Positions 32,527 through 42,799 of a stretch of 64,000 nt of DNA are shown piece after piece. Made by a program: the position numbers and the translations under genes. This DNA is from an uncultured Nitrospirales bacterium (lineage in GTDB: Bacteria; Hydrogenedentota; Hydrogenedentia; Hydrogenedentales; SCBR16-9), in assembly GCA_964537975.1 (NCBI GenBank), contig CAZIDP010000003.1, forward strand, positions 74,182 through 138,181, read 5' to 3'. Positions within the stretch are counted from its first letter, which is position 1; each line of letters starts with the position of its first letter. Under the pieces are notes generated by a model, which was not told where the DNA came from, did not search any database, and saw only the letters and a program-made list of their open reading frames with translations.

Positions 32527-35500
32527 TTAAAATTTCAACCGGCTCCCGGGAAATGCTTTGATATAGAAAGTTAAGTCGATGTCAAATCCAGATTCACGGT
32601 CACGAAATCGGATTGCCGTTTCCCAGCAATGTAGACTGCGACGAACTTCATAGGTTTGGGTGCGGAGATTGCCTCCATCCATGTCATAGATGTGTTCAAA
32701 CGCCAAACCCCAGTTTTCACCCAATCTATAACCCAATCCATACAGAATTTCCCGATTATATTTACGACTTTGAGTAGCTGTATATGCAAATCCAAGTCGC
32801 CCACTTACTGGGCTTTCTGGCGACATTTCATCGTAATAAAACTGGGCAAGTACACGGCTGTAATTTCCCATACCTGCATAAAATGCGGCATCACTGTCAT
32901 AAGGTCTGCCAACTCGGTCTTCATACAGGTCCAAGACATGCATCCGTAAATTCTCAAGTACCGGGCGTCCAATATGACTTGATGTAATATGTCTTTCACT
33001 TACGAGTTGAAATCCCCACCAGGGACGTGGTCTGAGATCAAACTCAATTTCGTAATCTTCTGATTTGGTCGCTTCACTTGCAAAATCATTCCCCTGAAAT
33101 AAAGAAAGACGTCCTACTTGCCAAACCTCATCGGTCTCAGCATCTTTACCGTAGAACACGTTATCGAGGCGTGTTTCTATGCGACTTCGTCCAAAGTTGC
33201 TGTCCAGAGAATCGAATCGATGTGTTTCATGTAATTTCCAATTGGTGTCTGGACGGTAAGAATATGTAAGTGAAGGCAAAATAACATGCTTGAACCCAGA
33301 GAATCCCCAAGCACCAGCGTAGGTTTTATGAAGTCGAGATTGCGTGGTAATGCCAACCAACGGTGATATTCTTCCATAGCTGTCGTCAGATATTCGTTGT
33401 TGAGAGTACCAAGTTGCATCAAGCTCTGCGAATGGCGTGATGCTTAAACCTTCAAGAGGTGTCATGTTGTGTGTCAATCGTGCTTGACTTGAAGATCGGA
33501 TAGCATCAGAACCACCTGGTTTGCGATCATAGTATCCAAGTTGTGTGTCCAACGAAAAATAAAGATTTTCTGCCAGAGGACGTTCAAGCAAATGGTACCC
33601 GGCAGAGGGTAAGCTTTCTGTCTGACGCATCCAGTTGTGAGTATTTAACCGTGCGGTTCCTGTGGCTATGTAATCTGGCTGGCGATAGGTGAGATTTGCA
33701 AAGGATCTTGGAGCAGTCCTGTTTCTATATGTATCAAAATAAAAGTCTTTATAAAAATCTCTATCTGACCATTGTTCTGCCTGTACACGAAATATTAAAT
33801 CATCATCATATTCATAACGATGATAATAATGCAGATATCCACGGTCTTCGGTCGTATGTAATGAGTTAAATTCCCCCTGCGTACGATATAAATGAGATGC
33901 AGGTGATTTCATAAAGTCATAATTAAAATCAACGCCTACACCCACACCTTCCTTTTGGGTAGCAAAAATCCTGGGCCCGGCACTGAAGTCAGGGGTGAAT
34001 TCCAAGCGTTGTCCGACATTTACAAAATACCCGACACCAGCACGCCTTCCACTATCAAAATCCATATTCCAAGTGTGTCCACCAACACCTGCTGCGCGGT
34101 ACTTAGGCAAGTATAGGGGGGTATCGAAGCGACCAAGTTGTAATCGGGCATTTGTACCTTCTGATATCACACCATTTTCGAAACGGGCATCACTTAACCG
34201 AATTCTATAATGAGGTTGCTCATGGTCACAGGTTGTTACCCAGACATCTTTCGCATCAAAGCATTCTGGGCCGTGTATGTGTAATTCTTCAGCGGAATAA
34301 TAATAGATGCCTGCTCGTCCGGTTGCATTTTTTAAGTATCCTCGTTCTTCGATGAAGTTATAATCAATATCTTCAGCCTTCATTTCACGTGTAGGTTCAA
34401 CAATCAAGACATTATGTGCGAGGATTCTACCCATTGTTAATCTTTGTTTTGCCATGGTATCGTCGTCCAATGGCGGTCTGAAAGGATAACGTTGGGGGAT
34501 TGCGTCCTCGGCAAGTAGTTGATAAGTAAAATTATCGGCTGTGAGGTAGGAAGCTTCTTGTTCAAGACGAATATTGCCGGTTGCCTGTATCAGCCCTGCC
34601 CATTCTTTATAATCAAATTCGTCCGACTCAAAATACATGTTGCCAAGCCGAAGTCGCACATTTCCTTCCAGATAGATGTCACCTGAAGCAATGTCTTGTT
34701 CCATAAAATCTGCTTCAAAATTTCTTAGCGGGTCTGTCCAGTCAGGTGCCTGGAAACCAGCTTCTGCTGATCCAAACTGGGTCGGTTGACGTAATGCGTC
34801 CAAAATAGATTTTCGTGACAATTCACGCATCGGTGTAGGAGAGGGACGTGCTGATTGTGGTGCCCGTATCCCGCCGGTTTGCATAGGGTATTTTTGAACT
34901 TGGCTGGTTGTTGGCCTGCGTGCAGACGCCGCTTCATCTACATTTTCAGACTCATCTATTTCCTCTGTAATCTGTATGTTCAAAGTATCTTTTGGGGAAG
35001 TATCCCCATTATTGATTGGTGCTACTTCGATCAGATCAACTTCTCCATTGCCTTCCATTTCACTTGTACTGACACTTGGAAGTATTTCAGTATTTTGGAA
35101 AGCATTGCTGGAGTTCCTGTCAGTATTGTTCTTGTCATTTAGGACAGGCCGGGCTTCTTCTATAATAATATCTCCTGAAGTTTCCGGTTGATTAGAGGAT
35201 TGAGAAAATGAAGGGTTCATTTCTCCAAGAAGGGGTTCATCATTTGCAGAATTGAACGTATGTAATTGTTTCGCTACATACAGCTTATTATTTCCGGGAG
35301 CCAGAGCATGAATGTGGCCTGAAACACCTCCCAATAATTGCGCTTCACCATGTACCGTGTATGATTCACGCAAGTTCAGGTCGGTGTCCAGAGCATTTAT
35401 GATTGAATCATACAATATATGGATTCGGTATCCATCATAAATTGCATCTGTCAATGGAATCCGATAATCCTTAGTTAAGGTATATTGTCGGGTATCAAAT

Positions 35501-36183
35501 TGCCATAATCCTGTTTTGGTTGCAACCAGCAAGTGCGCAGGGCCAATGGGGAACAAAGCCAATGGCTCTCCATCTAAAGCAATGTTCCGCCAGGAGCTGG
35601 AGTTTTCAGTCTCCTGAATTATCAGTTCCCCTGATGCCCGCCCCAATATTGCCAGGCGTTCTCCAGGCAACATTACAGCATCTACAGGTACTGATGTAGC
35701 AGAATGAACCGATTCTTTGCGGCTCATGGAATCTGTGTTGAGAAAGTCTATTTTATCAGCGTACATTGCAGTGACTATGAAATCACTGGGGTGACTTGGA
35801 CGGATTCGAACTGGACCTTCACTGACGGACATGGTAGCTGCTGTGGTCATGTCAGGTAGTGTATAAATTGTTGCCGTATTGTCCAGTCGATTACTTACAG
35901 CTAAAAATTGACCATTATTTGATATCGCCAGACTGTTGGGACCTGAACCCGTTTGATATCGTGATATAATTGCGTAAGTATCGGCATCTAAACTCCAGAT
36001 TTCATTTTGATCATAAACAGCAATAAATAAACGATTTGCTGCAGCTTCGTATACCACATCACGTGCCTGAACAGAAATATTAACAGGTTCAAAAATAAGT
36101 TCTGATTGTGATGCATCTGACGTTAGTTGAAATATTAAGCCATAGGATACAGTAAAAATAAGCACCCAAAAAATGCGATACAT
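32527..36183 (-). CDS. Giant outer-membrane protein: N-terminal YVTN-type beta-propeller + OstA/LptA-like domain + C-terminal beta-barrel (LptD-like)
   Basis: The signal peptide is MYRIFWVLIFTVSYGLIF. Beta-propeller repeats are present (GSGPNSLAISNNGQFLAVSNRLDNTATIYTL). An S/N/E-rich linker follows. The OstA-like repeats are EGNVRLRLGN...ATGNIRLEQEASYLTADNFTY. A long amphipathic beta-barrel ends in ...RLKF. Confidence 0.55.
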   Translation of the reverse strand: MYRIFWVLIFTVSYGLIFQLTSDASQSELIFEPVNISVQARDVVYEAAANRLFIAVYDQNEIWSLDADTYAIISRYQTGSGPNSLAISNNGQFLAVSNRLDNTATIYTLPDMTTAATMSVSEGPVRIRPSHPSDFIVTAMYADKIDFLNTDSMSRKESVHSATSVPVDAVMLPGERLAILGRASGELIIQETENSSSWRNIALDGEPLALFPIGPAHLLVATKTGLWQFDTRQYTLTKDYRIPLTDAIYDGYRIHILYDSIINALDTDLNLRESYTVHGEAQLLGGVSGHIHALAPGNNKLYVAKQLHTFNSANDEPLLGEMNPSFSQSSNQPETSGDIIIEEARPVLNDKNNTDRNSSNAFQNTEILPSVSTSEMEGNGEVDLIEVAPINNGDTSPKDTLNIQITEEIDESENVDEAASARRPTTSQVQKYPMQTGGIRAPQSARPSPTPMRELSRKSILDALRQPTQFGSAEAGFQAPDWTDPLRNFEADFMEQDIASGDIYLEGNVRLRLGNMYFESDEFDYKEWAGLIQATGNIRLEQEASYLTADNFTYQLLAEDAIPQRYPFRPPLDDDTMAKQRLTMGRILAHNVLIVEPTREMKAEDIDYNFIEERGYLKNATGRAGIYYYSAEELHIHGPECFDAKDVWVTTCDHEQPHYRIRLSDARFENGVISEGTNARLQLGRFDTPLYLPKYRAAGVGGHTWNMDFDSGRRAGVGYFVNVGQRLEFTPDFSAGPRIFATQKEGVGVGVDFNYDFMKSPASHLYRTQGEFNSLHTTEDRGYLHYYHRYEYDDDLIFRVQAEQWSDRDFYKDFYFDTYRNRTAPRSFANLTYRQPDYIATGTARLNTHNWMRQTESLPSAGYHLLERPLAENLYFSLDTQLGYYDRKPGGSDAIRSSSQARLTHNMTPLEGLSITPFAELDATWYSQQRISDDSYGRISPLVGITTQSRLHKTYAGAWGFSGFKHVILPSLTYSYRPDTNWKLHETHRFDSLDSNFGRSRIETRLDNVFYGKDAETDEVWQVGRLSLFQGNDFASEATKSEDYEIEFDLRPRPWWGFQLVSERHITSSHIGRPVLENLRMHVLDLYEDRVGRPYDSDAAFYAGMGNYSRVLAQFYYDEMSPESPVSGRLGFAYTATQSRKYNREILYGLGYRLGENWGLAFEHIYDMDGGNLRTQTYEVRRSLHCWETAIRFRDRESGFDIDLTFYIKAFPGSRLKF

Positions 36184-36286
36184 TTTAAAAAGTGGTTGAT
36201 TAGTTTTAGCTATGGCAATTGTAATGGTGTATCTCAACAAGATTAACCTTTGTGGGTTAAGATAATAAGTAGTCGAATTTCTGGCT

Positions 36287-37222
36287 TTATTGATTTTGAT
36301 CCATAAAAGCCAAGGTTGCTTCCAACGATTTTACTGCTTCAGCACCGCCCATGGACTGCACTGTAATAGCACCAACTGCATTTGCTAGACGTCCACATTT
36401 TTCTAATGGCCAGTTTTGTGATAAACCAAACAGGAAGGCGCCACATGAAGCATCTCCAGCGCCAGTAGTGTCAATCACTTCGACTTGGTGACCTTTTATC
36501 AAGTGTTCTTCAGTGCCATCGGTAAGATACATTCCATCTGCGCCCAGCTTAATAACCACAATCTTGATTCCAAATGAAAGATAAAACTGTGCAATTGTTT
36601 CTGGAGTATCTTTGCCTGTATACAGGCATGCTTCTTCAAAGCTGGAAAAAACAATATCAAGGTGGGGGAGAGTAGGTTCGATTAGTGGATACCAAACCCC
36701 TTTTCCGTCGTAACAGGTGTCCATCGATGTCATGATTCCCAATGATTGGGCATGCTTCATAACACGTCCCATGGTTTCGCCTTCAAGATTCGGTGTGATC
36801 CCCGGTCCACCCCAATGGAACATACGTGCTTGTTTCAGAAAATCCCACGATATATCAGCATCAGAGACAACTGCATTGGCTCCCATCTGGTGCAGGAAAG
36901 TTCGCTCACCCTGGCTGTCAACCAGAACAACGGTTGCTGAAGTTGGAAGTTTATTGTCACGTTGAAGTGCTTGTGTATCCACGCCCTCTTTTTGCAAGTT
37001 TGCGAGTAAATAGTCTCCAAAGCTGTCATTACCTAAACGTCCAATAACAGCTGACTTGCCTCCCAGTTGACTGAATACAGTTGCAGCAACACTGGCCAAG
37101 CCTCCCATGTGCATTTCTAATCCGTCAATTAAATGCAAAGAACCCTTTGGGGGCATGGCATCAATGGGACGAACGGTTACATCCGCGCAAATAACTCCGA
37201 TTGTCACTAATTCCAGTCGCAT
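36287..37222 (-). CDS. PfkB-family carbohydrate kinase (ribokinase/fructokinase-like)
   Basis: 311 aa. The anion-hole motif DTTGAGDASCGAF and the N-terminal GG dipeptide region are present. Confidence 0.8.
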   Translation of the reverse strand: MRLELVTIGVICADVTVRPIDAMPPKGSLHLIDGLEMHMGGLASVAATVFSQLGGKSAVIGRLGNDSFGDYLLANLQKEGVDTQALQRDNKLPTSATVVLVDSQGERTFLHQMGANAVVSDADISWDFLKQARMFHWGGPGITPNLEGETMGRVMKHAQSLGIMTSMDTCYDGKGVWYPLIEPTLPHLDIVFSSFEEACLYTGKDTPETIAQFYLSFGIKIVVIKLGADGMYLTDGTEEHLIKGHQVEVIDTTGAGDASCGAFLFGLSQNWPLEKCGRLANAVGAITVQSMGGAEAVKSLEATLAFMDQNQ

Positions 37223-37370
37223 AAAATTTCTCCCTAAGCTTGCCCAATACTACCATTTTTGCGCATAATATCCCAACCACGGGGACTGGAATCAAGCAAA
37301 CATGGACAATTTTTTTTAACTTTATACTGGACAAGGAATAATATGTTCAGATATACCCCAAAATGACGTG

Positions 37371-39155
37371 TTATTCGCGTTTTTGTGACCAAATAGCCCG
37401 ACTGTCATATGTTCTGCCCATATCTGCATATTGTCCATGAATGTACCCATGCCCTCCACTGTAAATCGGTACACTCTCAGGCAAATTCAGCTTGACTGCT
37501 TCAAGGGCAAGTAATGAAAGTGGTTCTATGGCATCAAAATTGGCATTGATATGTGATGAACTTGGCAAAAAATAGCCCAAATGATAGCTCCTGTTTACGA
37601 TGTTTTCTGCTATTGCGTCTGCCAAATTCAAGTATTGGTGATGCTCACTCGCTTTATACAATTCCAACAACGCAAAGATTGTTTCAGGGTTACTGTTATC
37701 CGTGTTGTTCGACAATTCTGGTAAGTCAGCAGAAGTAGTACCTAACATACCAAATCCAAGCCCTTTCATTATGGAACGTACCATGTCCCATATTTCCGGG
37801 TCTTTACTAAGTCGGTAAGCACGTGCATAAGAAAAAAGAAATGATTCGTTGGCCTTGATCGGTGTTAACAGATGACCTTCTACTCCATAATATCCAGTTC
37901 GGGGAAATGAATACCCGGTAAGATCCGTACCATCGGCCCACATTGGCCTAAAGGAATTATCGGCTGGATTGTAAGCATGTTTTGAAAAAGATTTCAATCC
38001 ATCCAGAGTCCATTGCAATAAACTATCACCATTACTGCCGAGTTTTTCTGCCAGCTCAAGCTGGACAAGTGCATTTTCTACATAAATCCCTCTGGCTGTT
38101 CCACCCCAGAGCGCCCAACCTTCCCGACCAATTTCAGGAAAATCTGCTCCAAATTGATTTTCTGCTCTATCGCCATAGCTTGAATAAGTTAATGTACCAG
38201 TAAGTGGACCTGTTTCTGGAGGTGTATTGTTGCGTGCCGGTTTACTGTATTGGTATACACCAAGTCCAGTTTCTGGATGTCGGGCCAGAACGTATTGTTC
38301 AGCAAGTCGTTTGCTCCAGGTCAGAGCACCTTTTTCCTGTCCTAAAACATAAAGCATGCCCCCAGCATAGATTAGATCAGAACCACAGTTTATGAAGGTA
38401 AGTCCAGAAGCTTCAAAAAACGGTTCTCCTTGTTGAAAGTCATGACTCCAAATTGTTTCTTGCGATAAGCCATATCTACCATGCCGGTTCATGTCAAGAC
38501 GATTCCAGTCCAGGATATGGGCATTCCAGAAAGCACGTATAAACTCGGCAGTTGCCTGGGGGTTAATGTCCCACATAAATGAATAAAATGGAAAGCTGTT
38601 CTTAAATTCATGACAATTGGCATCAAAATGTCCCACAGGCTCCAGGTTTTCTAAATTTATAAATTGATGACCACCCCAACGCAGCAATCCACAATCACTA
38701 CGCAAATGCTCAAAATGATACTCAACCGCTGCCTTGGCTGCTGCATGGTATTTTGCATCACCAGTAATACTGGATAACCCAACCAAGAATCGCTGTAAAT
38801 TTTGTTGACTCGCCAAATTGTGGATGATGAACCTTTCATCATTATAAATCCACTCTACCGGCTCCAATGTTTCAACATTGATACCGTCAGCCAACAATGG
38901 TGTACCTTTTCCACTCCATCGGTCTTGCCCATTGCTTAGTACATTATCTGCATATGAAGTTAAAAGCTGTATGCGGTCATTGTCTACTGGGCTTTGTGTA
39001 GATTGGTTTAGGTTTATTTCTTCAGCCACACTAGAAATAGGTATGACACAGATTAGAATGAGCATTGGCAGCGCAAGCAAAAACCAAGATGCCTGACTAA
39101 GGTTGGTTTTGAACGAATTAATAAATCGGGTATATCTTGTTTTATCTGTAAACAT
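37371..39155 (-). CDS. Secreted/membrane-anchored hypothetical protein (possible alpha/alpha-toroid polysaccharide-active enzyme)
   Basis: 594 aa with an N-terminal signal-anchor (WFLLALPMLILICVIPISSVA). It is rich in aromatic/His residues. There is no confident family assignment by eye. Confidence 0.45.
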   Translation of the reverse strand: MFTDKTRYTRFINSFKTNLSQASWFLLALPMLILICVIPISSVAEEINLNQSTQSPVDNDRIQLLTSYADNVLSNGQDRWSGKGTPLLADGINVETLEPVEWIYNDERFIIHNLASQQNLQRFLVGLSSITGDAKYHAAAKAAVEYHFEHLRSDCGLLRWGGHQFINLENLEPVGHFDANCHEFKNSFPFYSFMWDINPQATAEFIRAFWNAHILDWNRLDMNRHGRYGLSQETIWSHDFQQGEPFFEASGLTFINCGSDLIYAGGMLYVLGQEKGALTWSKRLAEQYVLARHPETGLGVYQYSKPARNNTPPETGPLTGTLTYSSYGDRAENQFGADFPEIGREGWALWGGTARGIYVENALVQLELAEKLGSNGDSLLQWTLDGLKSFSKHAYNPADNSFRPMWADGTDLTGYSFPRTGYYGVEGHLLTPIKANESFLFSYARAYRLSKDPEIWDMVRSIMKGLGFGMLGTTSADLPELSNNTDNSNPETIFALLELYKASEHHQYLNLADAIAENIVNRSYHLGYFLPSSSHINANFDAIEPLSLLALEAVKLNLPESVPIYSGGHGYIHGQYADMGRTYDSRAIWSQKRE

Positions 39156-39547
39156 ACAATAATTCCTTGCTGATGGTTGTTCGATTAATCAAACTTTATT
39201 TATAATAGTTAACTGTAGGTAATTTCATGTCATTGCTTTTGTATAACAACGCCTTTGGTGTGCATTGAAAGAAACATAAAAAATAACTACCTATATTGAA
39301 TATTCTGCCTCAAACTTCTTTACAGATCAATATGATGATAGAGTCATCACCTTTTTGTGAAGGGCAAATTCTTGTTACATAAAAATGAGGAAGGAGCAGA
39401 TAGTCATGATACCATGCACGATGCCGCATGGCTCGGGGAAGCTTCTGAGCAGCACACAACATCACTACAGCCATCATTGGATGAGAGGGGTGTATTTATG
39501 AGCAATCCAGAATTAAAGAAACAAAAAATTGCATTACGATTGAATCT

Positions 39548-39913
39548 TTGGTAATATTGCCAAATAAGCAATTAAGAGACGGGATCAATATTTTGGATAA
39601 AGTAACTCAGGCACAATATGAAGTCAAGGCAAAGGTGTTAAAAGCCCTTGCACATCCTACACGGCTGTTCATAGTAGAAGAACTGGAGCGGGGAGAGCGA
39701 TGTGTGTGTCAATTGGTAGAAATGATAGGAGCAGATTTTTCTACCGTATCAAAGCATCTTTCGATATTGAAACAATCCGGGATAGTCGCTGATGAAAAGC
39801 GGGGGCAGATGGTGTTTTATCGATTGCAGGTGCCCTGTGTGCTGCGCTTTGTTGAATGTGTCGAAGCGGTGGTGGAATCACATATAAAATCTCAAGTGGC
39901 ACTTTTAGGTTGA
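39548..39913 (+). CDS. arsR: ArsR/SmtB-family metalloregulator
   Basis: The HTH is LKALAHPTRLFIVEEL, with the As(III)-type metal site ERCVCQL. The track start is TTG and the exact start is uncertain. Confidence 0.8.
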   Translation: MVILPNKQLRDGINILDKVTQAQYEVKAKVLKALAHPTRLFIVEELERGERCVCQLVEMIGADFSTVSKHLSILKQSGIVADEKRGQMVFYRLQVPCVLRFVECVEAVVESHIKSQVALLG

Positions 39914-39988
39914 GTCAATAATTTTTTTTAAATGTTATATGGTCATTATGTCAAATAAGCAATTGATATTGTTCTTTCAAGGAAACAC

Positions 39989-41290
39989 ATGAACTGGAAA
40001 ATTGAGTGGAAAAAGTTTGCGCTATTGCTGGGTGGATTCCTTGCCTGCTTTTATCTGCCGGTGGGAAATGAACGTTTTGATAATGCCGTCCTGGAAGCAT
40101 TTTACCTCGTTCAGTGGTATGCCCAGGAACATGTATTACTTTGCCTGATCCCTGCTTTTTTTATCGCAGGCGCAATAGCCGTATTTGTGAGCCAGGAATC
40201 TGTATTGAAATACCTGGGCCCAAAAGCCAACAAATTTCTGGCGTATGGCGTTGCATCGGTGTCCGGCACCATCCTGGCAGTATGTTCATGTACGGTACTA
40301 CCGCTCTTTGCCGGAATCTACCGAATGGGAGCAGGCTTGGGACCTGCTACCGCGTTTCTCTACTCTGGGCCAGCGATCAATGTCTTGGCTATCATACTCA
40401 CAGCCCGTGTTCTTGGCCCGGAGTTGGGTATTGCGAGGGCTGTCGGTGCTATCTTGTTCAGTATTATAATTGGTGTTAGTATGCACCTTATTTTTCGCAA
40501 AGAAGAAGCAGACAAGGCTGCCATCAATGTTCAGCTTCCTGATTCGGAAACAATACGACCGCTTTGGCAAAACGCATTCTATTTTGCTGCTATGGTAGGC
40601 ATATTGGTTTTTGCAAATTGGGGAAGACCTGAAGAGTCAACCGGCGTCTGGGCAGCTTTGTATGCTGCAAAATGGCCTCTGACCGCAATTTGTTCTCTTG
40701 CTTTAGGTGTCATATTGGTCATATGGTTTGAAATGGCCTGGTGGAAAGTCAGTTTGACAGGCATGGCTGTAGTGTTGGCTGTTGTGCTGTTTCCCGGCAA
40801 CCCACTTATTTCTTTCTCTGTTGGTGTTGTCTGTTTGTCGCTCATCGCAGCAACGGGAAACAGCGAACATGCCGACTGGTTTGAACAATCCTGGGGATTT
40901 GCCAAGCAGATCATGCCCTTATTATTGATTGGGGTGCTTTTCGCAGGCTTTTTACTGGGACGTGTTGGTGAAGAAGGCATCATCCCCTCGGAATGGGTGT
41001 CAGCAGCAGTGGGGGGGAACTCGCTCCAGGCAAACTTTTTTGCTTCATTTGCTGGTGCATTTATGTATTTTGCCACGTTGACAGAAGTACCCATCCTGCA
41101 AGGACTCATTGGTAATGGCATGGGGAAAGGTCCCGCATTGGCTTTGTTATTGGCAGGTCCTGCTTTGAGTCTGCCGAACATGCTGGTCATACGAAGTGTG
41201 CTTGGTACAAAAAAGACAGCGGTTTTTGTTTTGCTTGTTATAGTTGTTGCCACGATAAGTGGCATGCTGTTTGGTACATTTTTTGGATAA
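39989..41290 (+). CDS. YraQ/DUF318-family permease, ArsP-like (putative organoarsenical/thiol efflux permease)
   Basis: 433 aa polytopic protein. The intramembrane vicinal Cys motif AVCSCTVLP resembles the ArsP TPFcSCSxxP motif. It lies directly downstream of arsR, with a good RBS. Confidence 0.6.
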   Translation: MNWKIEWKKFALLLGGFLACFYLPVGNERFDNAVLEAFYLVQWYAQEHVLLCLIPAFFIAGAIAVFVSQESVLKYLGPKANKFLAYGVASVSGTILAVCSCTVLPLFAGIYRMGAGLGPATAFLYSGPAINVLAIILTARVLGPELGIARAVGAILFSIIIGVSMHLIFRKEEADKAAINVQLPDSETIRPLWQNAFYFAAMVGILVFANWGRPEESTGVWAALYAAKWPLTAICSLALGVILVIWFEMAWWKVSLTGMAVVLAVVLFPGNPLISFSVGVVCLSLIAATGNSEHADWFEQSWGFAKQIMPLLLIGVLFAGFLLGRVGEEGIIPSEWVSAAVGGNSLQANFFASFAGAFMYFATLTEVPILQGLIGNGMGKGPALALLLAGPALSLPNMLVIRSVLGTKKTAVFVLLVIVVATISGMLFGTFFG

Positions 41291-41313
41291 TATTAAACAA
41301 AAAGGAAATAGTA

Positions 41314-41544
41314 ATGAAGATTCAAATTCTTGGGACTGGTTGTGCGAAATGTCAGAAGCTGGCGCAACAAACAGAAGACGCCGCCAAAGCATTAGGTCTG
41401 GACTACGAACTGGAAAAGGTTACTGACATCAATGAAATCATGGGATATGGTGTGATGATGACACCAGCTATGGCTGTCGATGGCGAAGTGAAAGTATTCG
41501 GAAAAGTACCTTCTGTGGAAGAATTGCAAGGTTTGTTAAAGTAA
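41314..41544 (+). CDS. Small thioredoxin-fold protein (redox-active disulfide protein 2 family)
   Basis: 76 aa beginning MKIQILGTGCAKCQ with a CxxC motif. It is typical of ars/thiol-redox operons. Confidence 0.7.
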   Translation: MKIQILGTGCAKCQKLAQQTEDAAKALGLDYELEKVTDINEIMGYGVMMTPAMAVDGEVKVFGKVPSVEELQGLLK

Positions 41545-41576
41545 AAAAGTCAGACACACCATTCGGAGTTCTAAAG

Positions 41577-42107
41577 ATGATGAAACCCAAAAAAATAATT
41601 TCTACCGTACTGCTTGCTTTCGTTGCCGTCAGCATTGTAGCACTCGTTAACAAGGAAATGCAGGTACCAGAAGACTCTCGTGCTGCCGAGATTGATGTCG
41701 TACAACATACACTTGATGATACAGGTGAATCTGATGGTGTTGTCATTTCAGACTCCGGAAGTGAACGCGTTGTTGCGTTTTATTTTCACGGGAACATGCG
41801 CTGTGCATCCTGTCGCACGCTGGAACAATATGCACGTGATGCCATGAATTCCGGGTTTGGTGATGAGTTGAATAGTGGACAATTGGTGTTTAAAGAAATC
41901 AATGTAGAATCACCGGGGAACCAGCACTATATACAAGATTTTCAATTGACAAACCGTTCCATTGTAGTTGCCCGATATGATGCAGATGGTGAACTTGCGT
42001 CATGGAAAAATCTGGAGCAAGTTTGGAACTTATTGCGAGACAATGACGAGTTTAATTCGTATGTCCAGGGGGAAACCCGGGTGTTGTTGGAAGGTTTGTC
42101 TGGATGA
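41577..42107 (+). CDS. Membrane-anchored thioredoxin-like protein (CxxC)
   Basis: N-terminal TM anchor plus the FHGNMRCASCRTLE motif (CxxC). It is translationally coupled to the downstream CcdA-like gene. Confidence 0.45.
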   Translation: MMKPKKIISTVLLAFVAVSIVALVNKEMQVPEDSRAAEIDVVQHTLDDTGESDGVVISDSGSERVVAFYFHGNMRCASCRTLEQYARDAMNSGFGDELNSGQLVFKEINVESPGNQHYIQDFQLTNRSIVVARYDADGELASWKNLEQVWNLLRDNDEFNSYVQGETRVLLEGLSG

Positions 42108-42799
42108 TTGAGCTGATTGTAGCAACGCTGACTGCTTTTTGGCTTGGAGTCCTTACATCAATCAGTCCCTGTCCTTTAGCAACCAATATCGCGGCTGTTT
42201 CATATGTGAGTAAGCGTGTGGGGGAGCCGCACAATGTTTTCCTTGCAGGTCTCCTGTATACACTGGGACGTACCCTGACCTATCTTGTACTGGGTATTGT
42301 GCTGGTCTATAGCCTGCTCTCGGCACCGTCGCTTTCATTTGTTCTACAAAAATACATGAACATGGTGCTTGGGCCGCTTCTGATTCTAGTAGGGATGGTG
42401 CTTCTTGAGCTTATCACCTTCAACATAGGCTCAGGTGGAATCAGCGAAAAAATGCGTCAGCGGGTCGAACAGTCCGGTATCTGGGGCGCTGGCTTATTGG
42501 GGATTCTCTTTGCCTTGTCATTCTGTCCTACCTCTGCCGCCTTGTTTTTTGGCAGTTTGTTGCCCTTGGCTGTTCAGCAACAATCGGGTGTATTATTACC
42601 AGCAAGCTACGGCTTGGCTACTGGCCTGCCGGTATTGTTGTTTGCGGTGTGCATTGCCCTGGGAGCCAATTGGGTGGCGCGTGTTTATGGCAAGGTGGTT
42701 GCATTTGAAAAATATGCCCGCTATGTGACAGGTACTATTTTTATCCTGGTTGGAATCTATTATACTTTAGCACATGCTTTTGGAATATCACTTACCTGA
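42104..42799 (+). CDS. CcdA/DsbD-family transmembrane thiol-disulfide transporter-like protein
   Basis: 231 aa with 6 TM helices. Conserved intramembrane cysteines lie in ISPCPL and SFCPTS. Confidence 0.7.
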   Translation: MIELIVATLTAFWLGVLTSISPCPLATNIAAVSYVSKRVGEPHNVFLAGLLYTLGRTLTYLVLGIVLVYSLLSAPSLSFVLQKYMNMVLGPLLILVGMVLLELITFNIGSGGISEKMRQRVEQSGIWGAGLLGILFALSFCPTSAALFFGSLLPLAVQQQSGVLLPASYGLATGLPVLLFAVCIALGANWVARVYGKVVAFEKYARYVTGTIFILVGIYYTLAHAFGISLT

